From Octopus sinensis (Eukaryota), in contig NC_042999.1 in assembly GCF_006345805.1 (NCBI RefSeq), positions 165,478,001-165,542,000 of the forward strand: DNA of 64,000 bases, read 5' to 3'. Under the pieces are notes generated by a model. It was not told the DNA's origin, did not search any database, and was given only the letters and a program-made list of their open reading frames with translations. The position numbers and the translations under genes are program-made. Below, in pieces: positions 1 through 14,489 of the stretch (positions within the stretch are counted from its first letter, which is position 1; the number at the start of each line of letters is the position of its first letter).

Positions 1-275
1 TTGACTGGATGTTTTAATTTTCTTGCTTCAAAATTCATGCTAGAATTTTGCATTTCTAGTCTCTGGAGGTTGATAAATTAAGTACTAGAAATATGCTAAG
101 GAATCTCTGTAGCCAGTTGCCTTATAGAAAAAAAATGATTTATACAAAAGTAATTATTATTTTCACTTTTTCAACTGTCATATTATTTTCAATCATTAAA
201 TTAAACACAGTCATGTTTACAATAAATATATTTGTTGTTACTATTATACACTTTTTTTCTATTTGGTAAAAACAG

Positions 276-448
276 ATGCTTCTACTAGAAGAAAGTGATA
301 ATTACAACCTATATTCACCCAGTGAAAAAGAAGAATTTTTATTTTGCTTACTGAAGCACTTATGTTTGGGTGGAAAAGTTTGCCAGTTTGAAGATGATTT
401 TGGACCTTATGAAGATATGGTAAAGAAATTATATAAAGAATTAGTGTG
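276..448 (+). CDS. CFAP300: Internal coding exon of cilia- and flagella-associated protein 300 (C11orf70), a dynein arm assembly factor
   Basis: Pyrimidine tract and AG at 274-275, GTAAGC donor at 449. Translates as MLLLEESDNYNLYSPSEKEEFLFCLLKHLCLGGKVCQFEDDFGPYEDMVKKLYKELV, matching the CFAP300 motif [22 protein letters not shown]..PY....K..YKDLV as I recall it. Ends in phase 2. Confidence 0.92.
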
Positions 449-1299
449 GTAAGCTATTTTTCTATTTTATTTCTCTTACAACAGCATAAACTGAGAATCT
501 TACTTTGCAAATGGAATGTTGATAGTCCTTCACAAATTAGTCAGCATAGTCAGTTCTAATCGGAAAACATTTGATCAGAACAATGAGCTGTTAGGGTTTA
601 ATAAGTCTGTACATTCATTTATTTTAATAAACTGATTTTTTTATATGTAAAGTTATATATTTGATATCTAAAGCCAAATATCCCTTCTGTAAGATGATTG
701 GATTTCTGGTTGGAGCCATCACATTTCAGTACTTTGTCTGTGAATTTAACCATCATCAGTAACTTGGAGATAGATAGGCTTTACCAGGGTGACTTGTCCT
801 AGACTTGGTGCATGAAAAATATGTAGAGTGAGTCTCATCTTGTTAAATAACATTATAATTGAACAAATTTTATTATAAATTTATATCTCATATGAAAAAT
901 GCAACTTTTTCTTTCGCATATTTCTTCTAATTTTAATCAATCTCCCAGCTTCCAAATTTTATTTAAAATTTGAAATGAGAAACTCAACAAAATACAATCC
1001 TAATTCATTATTGTTATCTCTAGTATTATAAACTTTTACTTGACTCATTCTGAAACTTATTCTAAAGCCCAACCTGTTATAGTATCCATATACTATATAT
1101 TGTTGTGAATTAGCAAAATCTTTACATTCTTGCTACTCTGTTGAGTATTAAATGAGCAGAACAGGAAAAAAAATAGCAATCAAATAAAAGGATTGGATAA
1201 AATGATTTAGAACATCATGCAGCATAATTACCAAATATTTCACTTTATGAAAGCATTTAAAACTAATTTTCTTTAACTGAAAAAAACAAAATAAATAAA

Positions 1300-1590
1300 T
1301 GACAAGTGTCTTCTACAATAGCCTTGGGCCAACCAAAGCCTTGTGAGTGGATTTGGTCGACAGAAACTGAAAGAAGCATGCCATGTGTGTGTATGTGTGT
1401 GTGTCTTTGCGTCTGTGCTTGTCCCCGATCGATGTGACAACTAGTGTTGGCATAGTTACATCCCATAACTTAGCAGTTAAGGAAAGGACCAATTCAATAA
1501 GTACCAGGCTTAAAAGAACAGTACAGGGGTACCATGTAATCCATGCCAGCATGGAGAACAAACATTAAATGATGATGATGATGATAATTA
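1300..1590 (+). mobile_element. Truncated tRNA-derived SINE (octopus-type family A) followed by a (GAT)n-tailed retroposon end
   Basis: caagtgtcttcta..ccaaagccttgtgagtggatttggt..gaaactgaaagaagc core is repeated many times in this window. Confidence 0.7.
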
Positions 1591-1709
1591 ACTCTTTCTG
1601 GCCCACCAAAAAGAGAATGGAAAGTAATTGGAACAAAACTAATGTAATTAATATCTATTTTACTGATGATTTCTTATCACTTAATAAAATTCTGCTGCTC
1701 TTCTTTTAG

Positions 1710-1776
1710 TGCTCAAAAAGTTCCAGATTCTCAACAACCTAGAATTGTTTCTTCTGTCTATAAGGTTACAGCATAC
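1710..1776 (+). CDS. CFAP300: Next coding exon of CFAP300
   Basis: ttcttttAG acceptor, GTGAGT donor at 1777. Phase-compatible with the previous exon (TG+T=Cys). Gives CAQKVPDSQQPRIVSSVYKVTAY, aligning with human [23 protein letters not shown]. Confidence 0.9.
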
Positions 1777-1807
1777 GTGAGTTACTTTTAATTCAATTAT
1801 ATTTTTG

Positions 1808-1838
<31 letters not shown>

Positions 1839-1991
1839 TATGTATATATGTATGTATATATATATATATATATATCTACATATGTATGCATTTATGTATG
1901 TATATATATACATATATGTATATATATATATATATATGTATATGTATATGTATATATATATATATGTATATATATATGTATGTATATATAT
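1808..1991. repeat. (TA)n/(CA)n/(TATG)n microsatellite
   Basis: Directly visible. Confidence 0.95.
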
Positions 1992-4479
1992 CAGCAATAA
2001 TAAATCTTTTCGGAAATTGTTTCTTTACTTATTTCTTTTCATTGCAGCTCTCACTCTCACATTAATGATGTCAAATATATCTTGTATTGATAATGTTTTT
2101 TCCTCTGCTTTCATGGATTCCCATGACTCTCTGTCACCATCCAGTTTCATTATTATGAATTTGAATTGGGAGCTTGATTGAGTCATAATGAATCTTTCAT
2201 TAGCTGATTACACAACCATGGATGCCATTCCTAGGGATGCATTGCAGTTGCTCTCTTGATAGTGCTTGGTGATCTTGACTGTTGATCATCTCGGATTCCT
2301 CTGCTCAGAATCAATGTAAGAAGCACCATTGGATCACTCGAGCTCTTCCATGTCTTCACAATCTGCCATGTGCAACCCCATGACTTTATCGTATCCCTGG
2401 CAGAGTGGCTGAATGGGTGCTATGCCTTGCCAAAGGGCAGTTCATAACAATGCAGAGCACAGTCATCATTCTTTGAAGAATTTTCAAAATAACCACATAA
2501 CCATCATAGAATTACTTATATTTCATGAAACCCCAATAATATTAAAGTTATTTTGTTAATATATGGATATATTTTTCATATATTTATATTATGAGGGTGA
2601 AAATTGACCTTCATATTATTCTTAAAAGCATTAGCAATGAAATAATGTTGACCTAGAACTGGATTGTTTACATGATTCACCTGAAGGTCACCTCTTACTC
2701 TACTTTGCTAATATGTAGATCATCATTTTATCTTTTCACTTGATCATGTAACAGTTTATAATCTCATCAGGAAAATCCTAATTTTTAGATGAATGCAAAA
2801 CTAACTATCATGCTAATGTTAGTCTTATTATAGGTCAGACTTAATACATAAATATAAGCTCAACTATCACACTAGCATTGCTGTAGTTTGTAATATAACA
2901 AAAACATCTTATAAATTATATTGTCTAATTTGGAACTATTGTTGAAAGTTTTTATTAATATTATTAGTCTTAGTTAGAGAGGTAGATGTCACACTTATTT
3001 CAGGTTCTCATAGACTAAAGAACAGAGATAATTTGGTAACTTTAGCAAAACTTAGGTTCAGTTTGAATTGCTGTTAGTCAGAGGATGTTTAAGTTCAGGA
3101 AGTACTCTTGTACCTAAGCTGATGTATTCTATTTGGTCACTAAATTGTACATTTCTCTAAGAAAACTTTCTCTTGAAAGGCAACTGACCCTTGCTCATTG
3201 CTTTCTAATATTCTTAATATTGAATGTATGTGTACATGTTCCAAGTTGTAGGCCACACTTATTCAAATAGTTGATGTTTTGCATAGGGAAGCATCTTTTT
3301 GGGGCCGTTGGATCTATATTTGTATTTATTTATTAGCTTACCTTGAACCCCTTTCTAAATTGCTTGACCGCAACAGTCAACATTCCTGGACTAGCTGAAC
3401 ATTGTCAGCATCTTTTTTTTTTAAATACTTTATCTAAAATATAGTAAATTCACATGACTGTATCTATTTAGGATATTAACAAACATGAGTTTGGTTGAGT
3501 ACAACTGCTAGTTTAATATAAATCAATTATCATAAGTAATCATCTCCTTTGCTTTTGCAAATCCCTTTCCCAATTCAGTGCCTATCAGTATAATTTCTCT
3601 TGTGTTCATTCTGCCATTGATCATTCTTTATATGTCAGAGACCAATAGCCTGATGAGTAGTTCACAGAAAGTTGGTGTCCTTCACATTAGCAATATCCTT
3701 AACTACTTATGATATGTGAATATTGTGGTAAAGTTGAACTACATTAAAAGTTTCATCAGTCACTAATTTACTTGATTGGCTACTTCATGTCAGATTTTTG
3801 TATCATAGTATGTTTGTCAATGCAGCCCTTTCTCTCTCTCTAACTCTCAGTCTTTTAATATAAAAATATCCCATACTAACAAACAAAACTTTGTCTTTCA
3901 TTCCTGTGGAGTCAATAAAGTGGACACAAGTAATATACTGGAATCAGCTTAATCAACAACTCTATTTCTATACAATTAGTTAAAATTCAAAAGAAGTATT
4001 ATTTAGAATGAAGGTTGGTGGATTGGCTGAATCATTAGAGCATTAGATAAAATTTCCTGTGGTATTTAGTTACATCTCTTTACATTCTAAGTTCAAATCA
4101 CACCAGGCTTTATATTGCCTATTGTCTTTCTGTCATTGATAAGATAAGTACCAATCAATTATTGTGGTTGATATAATTGACTGTCCCTTGCCCACCTCAG
4201 ATTATTGGTCTTGTATTTATGTAAGAAATTACCACAGTGGTTTCTATGAAAACTAGGTGTAGATAGATGGTGTGTGAGAGCAATGCAAGCCATGTATAAA
4301 GATGCTATTAGCAAAGTGGTAGTTGGCAAGAGTTCAGTGAGGAATTTAGTCTGCACTTAAACAGTTCTCAGCCCTTTCCTATTTATTATAGTTCTCAAAT
4401 CAATTACAACTGTCTGTAGGAACAAAATTGTGAGGCCTTAGTAAGTATAAAATAAGACAGGACCCTGTTGCTATCAGGG

Positions 4480-5130
4480 AAACGACTATACTTGATATGC
4501 AGAAAATATGTACTGAAGTTACAGCTAGGCTGACAGTAAGTAAAGACTTTGTGTGTAGTAGATGTTTAAGAGTACTTATTCGTTAGAGCAACAGTAAAAT
4601 AAATTACTTTTAATATTTGGAAAACTTCTTGGAAGTATTTAATAGTGTCTGTTATCTAGGTGCCCTAATCCTGCTGAGGAGGGTGCTCTGAAAGCATAGT
4701 AACTTGAATAACAACTGGTTAGAAAAAATTCAAGGACCTCTGTTGGCAACAAGGAGATTTTTCTCTTCATATTTGGTGCAAACTGTACAATACTTTTATG
4801 CAAAATGTGATACTACATGATAGCGAAATTTGGGCATTGCATGAAGAGAATGTGTGGAGGCTAGAGAGAAATAAAGCAAGCATGGGGGTGTAATGTTGGT
4901 GTGCATGAGAGAAAAACAGGGTATAAGAGGAACTTGATGTGTGCAAGAAAGATAACTGTGTTTATACAGATCTGTAATGTGTATTGATGATAATGAAATG
5001 CCAGGAGATCCAAGTGAAAGGAAACAGTAAGAGAGAAAAACAAGAGAAGTATGTGTAGAAGCAGTAAAAGCTGAGAGTCACAAAGACAATGGCAGTGGAA
5101 TGCAGCATGTGGTAAGATGCTGTGCTCAGA
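4480..5130 (+). pseudogene. Highly decayed RTE-clade LINE (post-RT region)
   Basis: Remnants such as CYLG.LI, W.KF.., LY....LHDSEIWAL.EENVWRLERNKASM, with stops and frameshifts. Confidence 0.55.
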
Positions 5131-5832
5131 AGCCATCCAACCATTCAACTCATGCAAATATGGAAATGCAAACATAAAAATGATGAGGAGGAGGATGGGA
5201 GTAGTGAAGGTGGCAACAGTGATGATAACAATAACAGTAATGATGACAAAGCTTGAAATATGCATAAAATTATGTCTGTCTAAACTAATTTGGTGTATCT
5301 TCAATTTAGTACAGCACATATGTATTTCATTTGAAATACCTGAGTGCAAATCCTCAAACCCAACACTCCAGTTTTCTACACCTTCACCTGCTTCATAAAC
5401 AACAGTGTCCAGTTTGATTCAGTTTGTAGGTTTTTATAGTTGCCACAATAAAAAAGGAGCAAGAAGACTCAGTTGGATATCAATCGTTGTTGTTCTTCTG
5501 AACCTATTTCTGCTAGTCTACATCTCAACAGTGTTGAGAGCTGATAATGTTATTGAGGCTGATACTATTGTTATGTGTATTTTTTTATGATTGTCTGCAC
5601 TGAAAGGAAAAAATCTTGTATTTAATCCTTTTGTTACCGTATTTCTGTGGGAGTACATCATTTTAATTTCAATTAATTTTAAAAATAAGGAAGAATTTAG
5701 TAAAAGAACTTTGTCATTATTAAGCTAGTGTTTGGAACTTAAGTCAGCTTGGAATATTGATGTACATTCTTAATTTGAATCACTTTAAAACAGAGAGATT
5801 CTATCATAGAACCAGGGTCACTCTTAGGTAGG

Positions 5833-6329
5833 TTGGTATTACAGTCTCTACCCTCCATCAGGCATTTGCCATATTCTGAATGCATTACTTCCCTGGGCAT
5901 GGATACATTGAAACTCCGACATCTGGCAGCTGACTTGGCAGGCACCCATAAAATTATTAACCATCTTACAAACACTAACTCTGAGCACCTTTTCAAACTC
6001 CACCTGTCTAACACCCGTGGACATGTTTACAAAGTCAGAAAACAGCACAGCTCCCATGACTTTCGGAAACATTTTTTCACGCTGAGAGTTGCTGAAGCAT
6101 GGAACAAACTGCCGGCATCAGTTGTTAGTTGTCAGAGCACTGCATCCTTCAAAACTTCCATGCTTCCTGAGATTCGGCAACACTACACCTGATTTTCCCC
6201 CTCCATACACATGCAAGCATGTATCTGACTCATGCATTGTTCCCTTTCCAGACATTTGTACATTACTGCATATACTTTACATGCACTTTTGACAAGTTGT
6301 GGTACACCTGAGCACTATATACAATAATT

Positions 6330-6366
<37 letters not shown>
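5833..6366 (+). mobile_element. 5'-truncated CR1/L2-group LINE 3' end with (ATT)n tail
   Basis: ORF 5833-6192 has the CR1 ORF2 C-terminal motifs LPYSE..SLG..TL..R..DL and TRGH..K....R.HFF..RV..AWN.LP. 3'UTR ends in (ATT)n at about 6332-6366. Confidence 0.85.
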
Positions 6367-6367
<1 letters not shown>

Positions 6368-9059
6368 TCTCATGACAACTTCAGATATATATTCTTTGAA
6401 GTCAAAGAAAATGTTTCTGTTCTTTCAATTGCTTACTTTTAATAAAGGCTTTGAATTAATACTGCCCTTGTTCTTGATCACTTTCTCTCCCTCTCTTGCT
6501 CTTCCCTCCGGTTAGGTAAACATGTATCTTCTTTACAGCAACACATTCTGCTCTCTTTCTCTCTCTCTCTCTCTCTCTCCATATATCTCCTCTACAGCAA
6601 GACATCTGTTAACATTTTATCGTCTGACACAAGATCACCTCCTCTTATGCCCCCTCCCCTCTCGATTCTTTGTTTTGCAAGTTACTTGTTCACCCTGGTG
6701 CTACTCGAAAAAGTATCCAGTCCACACTATAAAATAGTTGGCATTTGGAGGTATATCCAGCTGTAAAAACCATGCCAAACTGCCCTTGCTTGTGCTGGTG
6801 CCACATTAAAAGTACTCAGCCCATTCTGTGGGTTCATTGGTGTTAGGAAGGGCATCCAGCCATAAAAACCATGCCCAAACAGACACAAAGGTATGGTGTA
6901 GTCTTCTGCCTGGCCAGCTCCTGTCAAACCATCCAACCCATGCCAGCATGGAAGGAGGATGCTAAACAACAATGATGATGATGATGATGATGATGATATC
7001 ATGGAAAAATAAGTCTGGGGAAACCTTTTCCTCTGCCAAGAATTAAACTTGGCTTTCAACTTTATCAATTATTCAATAACTAAGTTGTACCTACCCATGA
7101 TTTTTCATAGCTATGTGGAAATGGGTTGAGGGTTAAATATCTCAGTTATGATGAGTATACACACTTCTGTACCTTTCATTAGTAAGCTAATACTTTGTTT
7201 TAGTCAGCTACAACACTTTATCATAATGTCATTAAGGAAAAAAATGAAATGGCTGGTGAAAATAGAAACAACTATCAAATTTTATACTTGTATATCCTTA
7301 CTCATAAAAAATTATTCACAGAATCCTGCTATCTCAGTTTGAGCCAATACAATATTGTGTAACTGTTAATTATAAACTTATTTGATATTTATATAATATT
7401 TATGTTGCATTTGGATTTTATTTATTAATTTTGGCTATTCTATCCCTAATCTAATCTCCAGTGATGTTCTGCTAATAAGCTATAAATGTTTTACCCAAAC
7501 ACAGTAAGTGGCTTGACAACTCTACAAGGGATTAAATACATCACTTGTTTTATTGGAAAAGACTAGTCTACTACCCTCATCTAGTAAGCTTATTATTAAC
7601 TGTTGGCAGTTTCAATGTCATTGACAGCTATCTAAGCTGAATGCTGACCACACACTACCTTCAGTTTAGCTGGGCCTAAAAAAAGAAATGAATATTGTTC
7701 ATCTCTCAACTGAAGAATATCAAAAAGTAAAAGGTATATGTATATAAGATCCATCTGTAACTGAATGAAGTTATTTTTTTCATTTTTGTTGAGAGAAACC
7801 AAGAGAATCAGTTAGGCTGATATTTATTTACAACAGAGATTGAACATGTAATTTCAGTATTTACTACAGTAGGCTGCCATTCATGAAAGATTAGAGCACT
7901 TAAAGAGGATTAAAAGAGAATTCACTATTCTTAGCCGATACATAAACTTCTGCCAGTGTACAGGATAAAGACGAGGTCATTAAAGAAATTACAGCAAGTA
8001 GGAAAAAAGATGTGTGGGAGTTGAGCAATTCAGAACATAAAATTAACATGGGATTTAAAAGGGAGGGACACAAGACCAAATTTGATTGAGGATTAATCAT
8101 TGTAGTTTTATTTCAGCAGTTAAATGGGAGTTGTAAAGCAGGAAATTTAAATATAAGAAAAACATTTTGCCATACTTGACATTTGCAAGTAAGTAAACTG
8201 ACATAAGAAGGGAGGATTAACTACATTCATTAAGTAACAAAATTTCTGGAGGCTACAGTTTTATTCATATATAAGACTATAAATACAAATCATATTGTAC
8301 AACTAGTTGACCAAATATCTATGATTGCAATATTCATTTGATTTAAATATTTGTAAGATAAACAGGAATGAAAAGCATTAATCACATGTCAACTTCAATT
8401 TTCGAAACTGCATAATTGGATAATATTTGTATAAAATAGATTGCAATAAATAAATGTTTAGTAATGTTTACAACATCCATATATATTGCATGTACAACCA
8501 TGAACAAGGCATAAAGGTATTATCAAGGTCATTCAGTACATATTACATCTAAGAAATTATCAGAAATAAAGCAAAGTTATTTGTAGGCTGACCAAGTGGA
8601 CAGGTTTTTTATTTTAGCTTTGTGCTGTGTATTTTGACACAGCAGTTCATGGCTGCAACCAAGATACTTAAATTTTAAAACGTGTTGCTCATAGTAGGAA
8701 CAACCCACTGATGCTTATAGCATCGTCTGTCTGATGCCTCTATAGTTCTTTTTTTATTAGCTATCAATGATGATATTGGGTATACCTGATTGATTATGGA
8801 AGTGGTTTGTGCTTGTTCTACATGATAGCAACATCTTAGAAGCTATCGCTGATGGCTCATCTGCTTCTTTTTTTGCTTACTTTAATTGTGCTTTTGACCC
8901 TCAACTTCAATAGAGGATCTTTGCATTGAGTCCACTTAGAACAGACTCTCTCTCTATCTCTCTCAAGTGCATATTCCTCTCCCAGCAATTTATGTGTTGC
9001 TATCATTCCCCAACCTTATCTTGATTCGCATTGGGACACAGCTTTGCAATCCAGAACAC

Positions 9060-9382
9060 AAGCTTCCAGCATGATTGAAGGTGACATGACAAGTATTGTA
9101 GACAGCTATAAAAGCTTAGATATCAACAGAGGGGAGGCACAAGGAATAATATCAGTAGCTACAAGAAAAAATGGACATCAGGTATAGATAGCAAGGAAAG
9201 TAAGAAAATTGTTTTGTGTTCTATGACACCTATCTCTATACCTGATGTCCATTTTTTCTTGTAGCTACTGATATTATTCCTTGTGCCTCCCCCACATTCT
9301 TTCAGATTTTCTCTGTTGATATCTAAGCTTTTATAGCTGTCTACAATACTTGTCATGTCACCTTCAATCATGCTGGAAGCTT
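9060..9382. repeat. Long near-perfect inverted repeat (arms about 130/150 bp, loop about 40 bp)
   Basis: 9060-9188 is the reverse complement of 9235-9382 except for one ~19-nt indel. Confidence 0.95.
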
Positions 9383-10983
9383 TCTGATCGGGTTTGCAGA
9401 TTGTCTCCTCTCAGTTATCTTTTATTCTTATAAGTTTTTATCTCCTAGACATAAGTAATCCTTCGCTGAACCTATGTCTATTCTAATGATCTCTTCATTC
9501 CAACAGCTTCTTTCTCTAAATTTTCTTATGTCTGTAAGTCTACCTATCTCTTCTCCTGAAGTTGCTAATCAACATGTGGCATGGTACATTGGAAAGAACA
9601 ATATTCTCAGCTAGTTGTTTATTCCATTTCCTGGTGATTATGAAGTCAATCTGGTTTATGTGTTCATCTTATTGATAAGTAAGCAAGTGGCTTGAAGGTT
9701 TTCTGCAGTTGATGTTACAAGCATTTAAGTCATTTGCATCATAGCATCCAACAGCTTTAACCCTTCTTCATCCCTTGTGCCATATCCATAGCCACCATGT
9801 GTGTTATCATTCATTATTGAATAATCTATTTGCTGCACAGCTCTCTCTACACAAACATTCATGAGTTTTGGTATTACCTTGATCCTAGCCTCTATCACTT
9901 ACAATTAAGCAAGCCACATATCTTACCCTTCTCTGTCAAGCCATTTCTATTAAATATTCTGAGGCAAATTTTTGCCAGCTATGTAAAAAAAGATTTGATA
10001 TATTCATTATCCTTCTTCAATTTCAAATAAAATATTAACAAAAAATATTGCATCAAAATTTGTTAAATTAAGTGTTGTGATTTAGAATACTCTGTTCATC
10101 ATTGATGCATTGAATGTAGCCCATTGTCAGCTTTTTACTTATCCCTATAACTTACTAGACAAGTTTCCAAGGTTTTTGGTTGAATTCAGATATCTCTGCT
10201 TTTGACAAAATACAGTATGACCACTTTCTTAAAAGCTTTATTATAGTTATAAATAGATATGATAAAGGTGAACTTGAAATAGTGCTGCAGTGCTTTAACT
10301 TTTTGCAACTGGTGTAAAATTTGCATTATAACTTTATTTGTATACTTTTATAATTATTTTTAATCAGTTTAAACATACAAATGTTTACTTTATAGACTTA
10401 CCCTTTCTATACTCATACCATCATTACTCATTCCTTGTAAACGTAGGTCACCATCAATTTGCTACTTCAATCTTCCATCAGGTTTCCACACTTTCCATGA
10501 ATAAGAATCTTTAAAATATTTTCTAAGGGCATTCAACACATTTGTCCCATTAAAATGCACCAAAATTATGATAGTTCAACCTTAAGAAAATAAACTGGCA
10601 GTACTTCATTTCTTCTCCTCATTTGTAAACTCTCGCTCAAAGGTTTAGTTTCTTCAAGAATGAAAAATATTTTTGTCTTAAACAACTACTAAACTTTCAC
10701 AAATTATGACATTCTCCACTAGAACAACATTTCTCATAGGCAGAGTGGGGCTGTAAGGATTGAAAAGAGGAAAAGAGGGTAGATAACGTGTCACGTTTAT
10801 TAGAATTAAATGATTTTAAAACTGTATGCATGTAAAATTCATTTTGTCTTCTCATTTATAAAAAGAAGAACAAAAAATTTCACTTTTTTTTTTCATCATT
10901 TTGCTTGTGCTCTGTATATATCAGTTTGAGAAGCACTGCAGTGAAATGCTTTTAACACATTTAAGTCTTATATCCAAGAAAAT

Positions 10984-11200
10984 AAGGCAGTGAGCTGGCA
11001 GAATCATTAGCACAATCTGCAAAATGCCTTATGATATTTCACCCATCTTTACATTCTGAGTTCAAATTCTGCCAAGGTTGACTTTGCCTTTCAACTTTTT
11101 TGGGGTTGACAAAATAAGTACAAGTTGAATGCTGGGCTTAATGTTCTTGACTTACCCCTCCCCCAAAATTGCTGGCCTTGTGCCAAAATTTGAAATCAAT
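10984..11200 (+). mobile_element. tRNA-derived SINE family B (Nin-domain-like)
   Basis: aaggcagtgagctggcagaatc..gagttcaaattc..gactttgcctttca head with A/B boxes. Other copies at about 4010-4220, 31995-32370 (two in tandem), 35170-35370, 52950-53090(-), 56525-56744(-), 60146-60329(-). Confidence 0.75.
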
Positions 11201-12596
11201 ATTGTATCCAAGAAACAATTTAATAGACTAACATGCAATAAAAAGTTTTTTCCTGAGATCAGAATATCCTAGACCATGTCTGAAAATGGGCCACCTGAAT
11301 GATTAACATAAAGCCTCTCACTGATACATTCCAGCCTCTGGTCTACAGGTGTACTCTCTCCTCTTTCTGCTTTTTCTACCACTACTATAATAGCCTCTGC
11401 TCCTTGGAGCTGATAGGTTTGTGCCAGCTCCATTCAGGTATTCCCATCCCATTCATCTTTGTGTGACCCCTTCCTCACCCCAAGTTCTATACTATTTACT
11501 ATACCCAGTCCTTTTCCAGAGTGAAGATCCTCTGGAAAAGAACACCCTCACTTTTATAAATTCATTATATAAATAAAGGTAAGTACACCAATAACAGAAT
11601 TACCTTTATACCTTCAACCACAGTTCATAAACATATACAATACATTTTATTAAAAATTAAATTATTTGAATTGAAAGTTCTTATGCAAAATTAACAAAGT
11701 CTTTGAGGAAAATCTGTTTATTATAAAAATATATAAATAGTACAAGTGTGCAAATGTGCCAATCAAAAGAAGTGTTTTTATTTCACAATTTTGATTGTAA
11801 ACTAAAATAACATATAGTGTCACATCATATATAAATCATAATTTGTGGTTAACTCCTGCATCATTACATTTTCATTTAATAATGAAATATAATAAAAATA
11901 AATTAAGATTCCTTACAATGTGATGAAGCCTCATATTTAAAGAGGAATGGTAGTGTTCATTAATTTTTAAAAGGTTTTAGCAATGTAAGTGAAATGATAC
12001 CAGCTGAATGTGGGGACTTGGTTTGTCTAGAATTTATTGTTTTACCTCAGTGCCTATTACTTAAAAAATAATATTGATTTCTTTTTACTAAGGAAGGGGA
12101 CATTCTAAGAATTTAACTGTCACATATTCTATCAACCCTTAGAGGAAAAACTCAGATGCTGGACGCACTGTTTTATAGGATAAGGCACTAATTTTTTTCT
12201 CAAACCCTTTACCTGGTTACAAAAGAGGTAAGAACCTTGAGGAAAGACCTCAGTGATGGAGTATCATATTGGGAACTGATAAGGAGTTTGTTGGCCTACA
12301 AAGCTAATATTAAATCCTTTCATATCAGAAAACTTCACATTGCTGTCAAATCTGTTTATTTTGTTCTTTAACATTATATTGCTGATAGAACTTGTTGGAA
12401 TAACAAAGATGAAGGATTGGACATTCCTTTTCATAAATATTAAATTTAAAAACTTAATATAGTTGTATACTAATCCAAAAACTTAGCCCTACAAGTAGGA
12501 AATTTTCTTTTTATAAAACATATTCCCAAGTATTTCGCTTTGCGCAATAATTCTTTCACAATACAACAACAATTGATTGAGTAATAGGAGAAATAG

Positions 12597-12775
12597 CCAA
12601 GAAAGGAACCCTAAGTGACTGCAACAACTGGCATAGAATAACACTACTCTCTGTCCCCGGCAAGGTGTCCTGTATTGGTCTTCTCATTCACTTGAAGAAA
12701 GCGGACAGTTTCAGGAGTAGGTATGAAGTGGATGAATCGTCACATTATGCAACATCATTGAGCTAAATTGTGAGT
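12597..12775 (+). pseudogene. RTE LINE reverse-transcriptase N-terminal fragment
   Basis: KKGTLSDCNNWHRITLLSVPGKV matches the RTE motif PKKGDL..C.NWRGITLLS.PGK. Confidence 0.7.
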
Positions 12776-12918
12776 TATTTCAATATTATGCATAATATAT
12801 GTTTATTGTGTCTTATGTTTAGAAAACCGTTTCATGGGGAAAATGTTAGCATAATTTTATTTTAAATACAGATCAATCTGGTCTGCGCATGATGTATGTG
12901 AGTGAGCATGTGTAAGTA

Positions 12919-14152
12919 TTGGGTCATCCTGTAAATAATGTGTTTCTTCAATTGCATGAGCGAAAAGTTGGAGGGGGATGGGGTAAACTACTTGAATCAA
13001 CTTGCTATAAAAGCAGGTAGTAATTTTACCTTGTACTTATTCTTAGTACAAGTTTTGAAGAGTGCAGTTCAATTGTCACAGTTATTTTTTCAAAGCTGTA
13101 ATGGCAGAAGAGACAAAAGAGCGTATTTGGCATATTTTGATTTATGAGTTCAGTAAAGGCAACATCACAACGGAAAGTGCAAGAAATAGTAATGCAGTAT
13201 ACGGGGATTGGACAATAAACATAAGCCAGTGTCAACCTTGGTTCCAGAAATTCCAAACCAGAAACTACGGCCTAGAAGACGAACTTCATCCTGGATGATC
13301 TGCAGAGCTCAACAAGGACGTTCTGCAAACCCTGGTGGAACAAAATCCCATCATAACTATTGAGGAACTAGCAGAGAAGCTTGGATTTGGTCATTCAACC
13401 ATTCATTGACACCTGCATGTCACTGGAAAAGTCAGCAAATTGGGTCAGTGGGTTCCTCACAATCTTTCTGAATCTAATTGCATGCAGAGAGTGAATGTGT
13501 GAACCTTTTTTGGACTGAATAGTGACAAGAAATGAGTTCTTTATAAAAATGTCAAGTGCTGAAGACAGTAGAGAAAGGAGAAACACTGGCACCCCAGGCT
13601 AAAGAAGGTCTTCAGCCACATAAGGTGTTGTTATCTGTTTGGTGGGATATGAAAGGTTTAGTCTACTTTGAACTTTTAAACCCAAGCCAAACAATAGCAA
13701 AGGAGATCTGCTGTGGGCAGCTTGAGCAGCTTAAGGTAGCAGTAGAAAAAAAACGACAACCTTTGGTTTCAAGAGGAAAGGTGTCCTTCCATCAGGATAA
13801 TGCTTGGCTACATACAAAGGCTGGAGCAGTTTGAATGAGAAACGATGCCCCTCCCACCATATTCACCAGACATTGCCCCATCTGATTATCATTTATTCTG
13901 TAGTCTTCAAAATCATTTGGATGGAAAAAAATATGAATTCTGTAGATGAGGTCAGAACTGTACTGGAGAAGTAGTTTTCATCACTGACAAGTGAAATTTG
14001 GAAGAGGGGCCTTGCAAATCTACCAGATAGATGGAAAAGCATTGTAGGAAATGAAGGAGAGTATATTTTAGATTAAAAAAGAACTTTACTTATCTTAATT
14101 TTGAAAAATAAAAGAAGTACAAAAAAATCACATTATCTATGGGATGACCCAA
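12919..14152 (+). mobile_element. Full-length (~1.23 kb) mariner DNA transposon with inactivated D,D34D transposase (about 13101-14076)
   Basis: TA TSD at 12917-18 and 14153-54. TIRs ttgggtcatcctgtaaataatgtg / cacattatctatgggatgacccaa. Transposase motifs WVPHNL, VLLSVWWD, HQDNA, PPYSPDIAPSDYHLF, with several stops and frameshifts. Confidence 0.95.
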
Positions 14153-14489
14153 TATTTGTGTCTTTGTATATGTCATTATAAAATATGGATATAATTTGTT
14201 TTTAAAAGTTTTCAGCGAAACTTTTCAAATTTATAGATGTAAGTGTCTTTTAATTTAGCATTGAGAGATCTATATTATGAGTGTTCTTCAATGCTTATCA
14301 AGACTTAATTTTAAGAATTGATACTAAGTTCTTTCTATTGTTCCTTTTTTCCATATGCATACTGGCTGTTGGACATTCTTAATGTAGTTTGGCATCACAT
14401 TTTCTCTGATCATTTCATAAGTGGTATACAAGAATGTGACTAAATAAGGAAGTTAAACAAAATGTACACTGCACCAGTCTTAGGTGCAT

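Noticed and set aside
4861-5398. 162-aa and 93-aa ORFs
   Set aside because: They overlap a decayed RTE remnant and low-complexity trinucleotide sequence.
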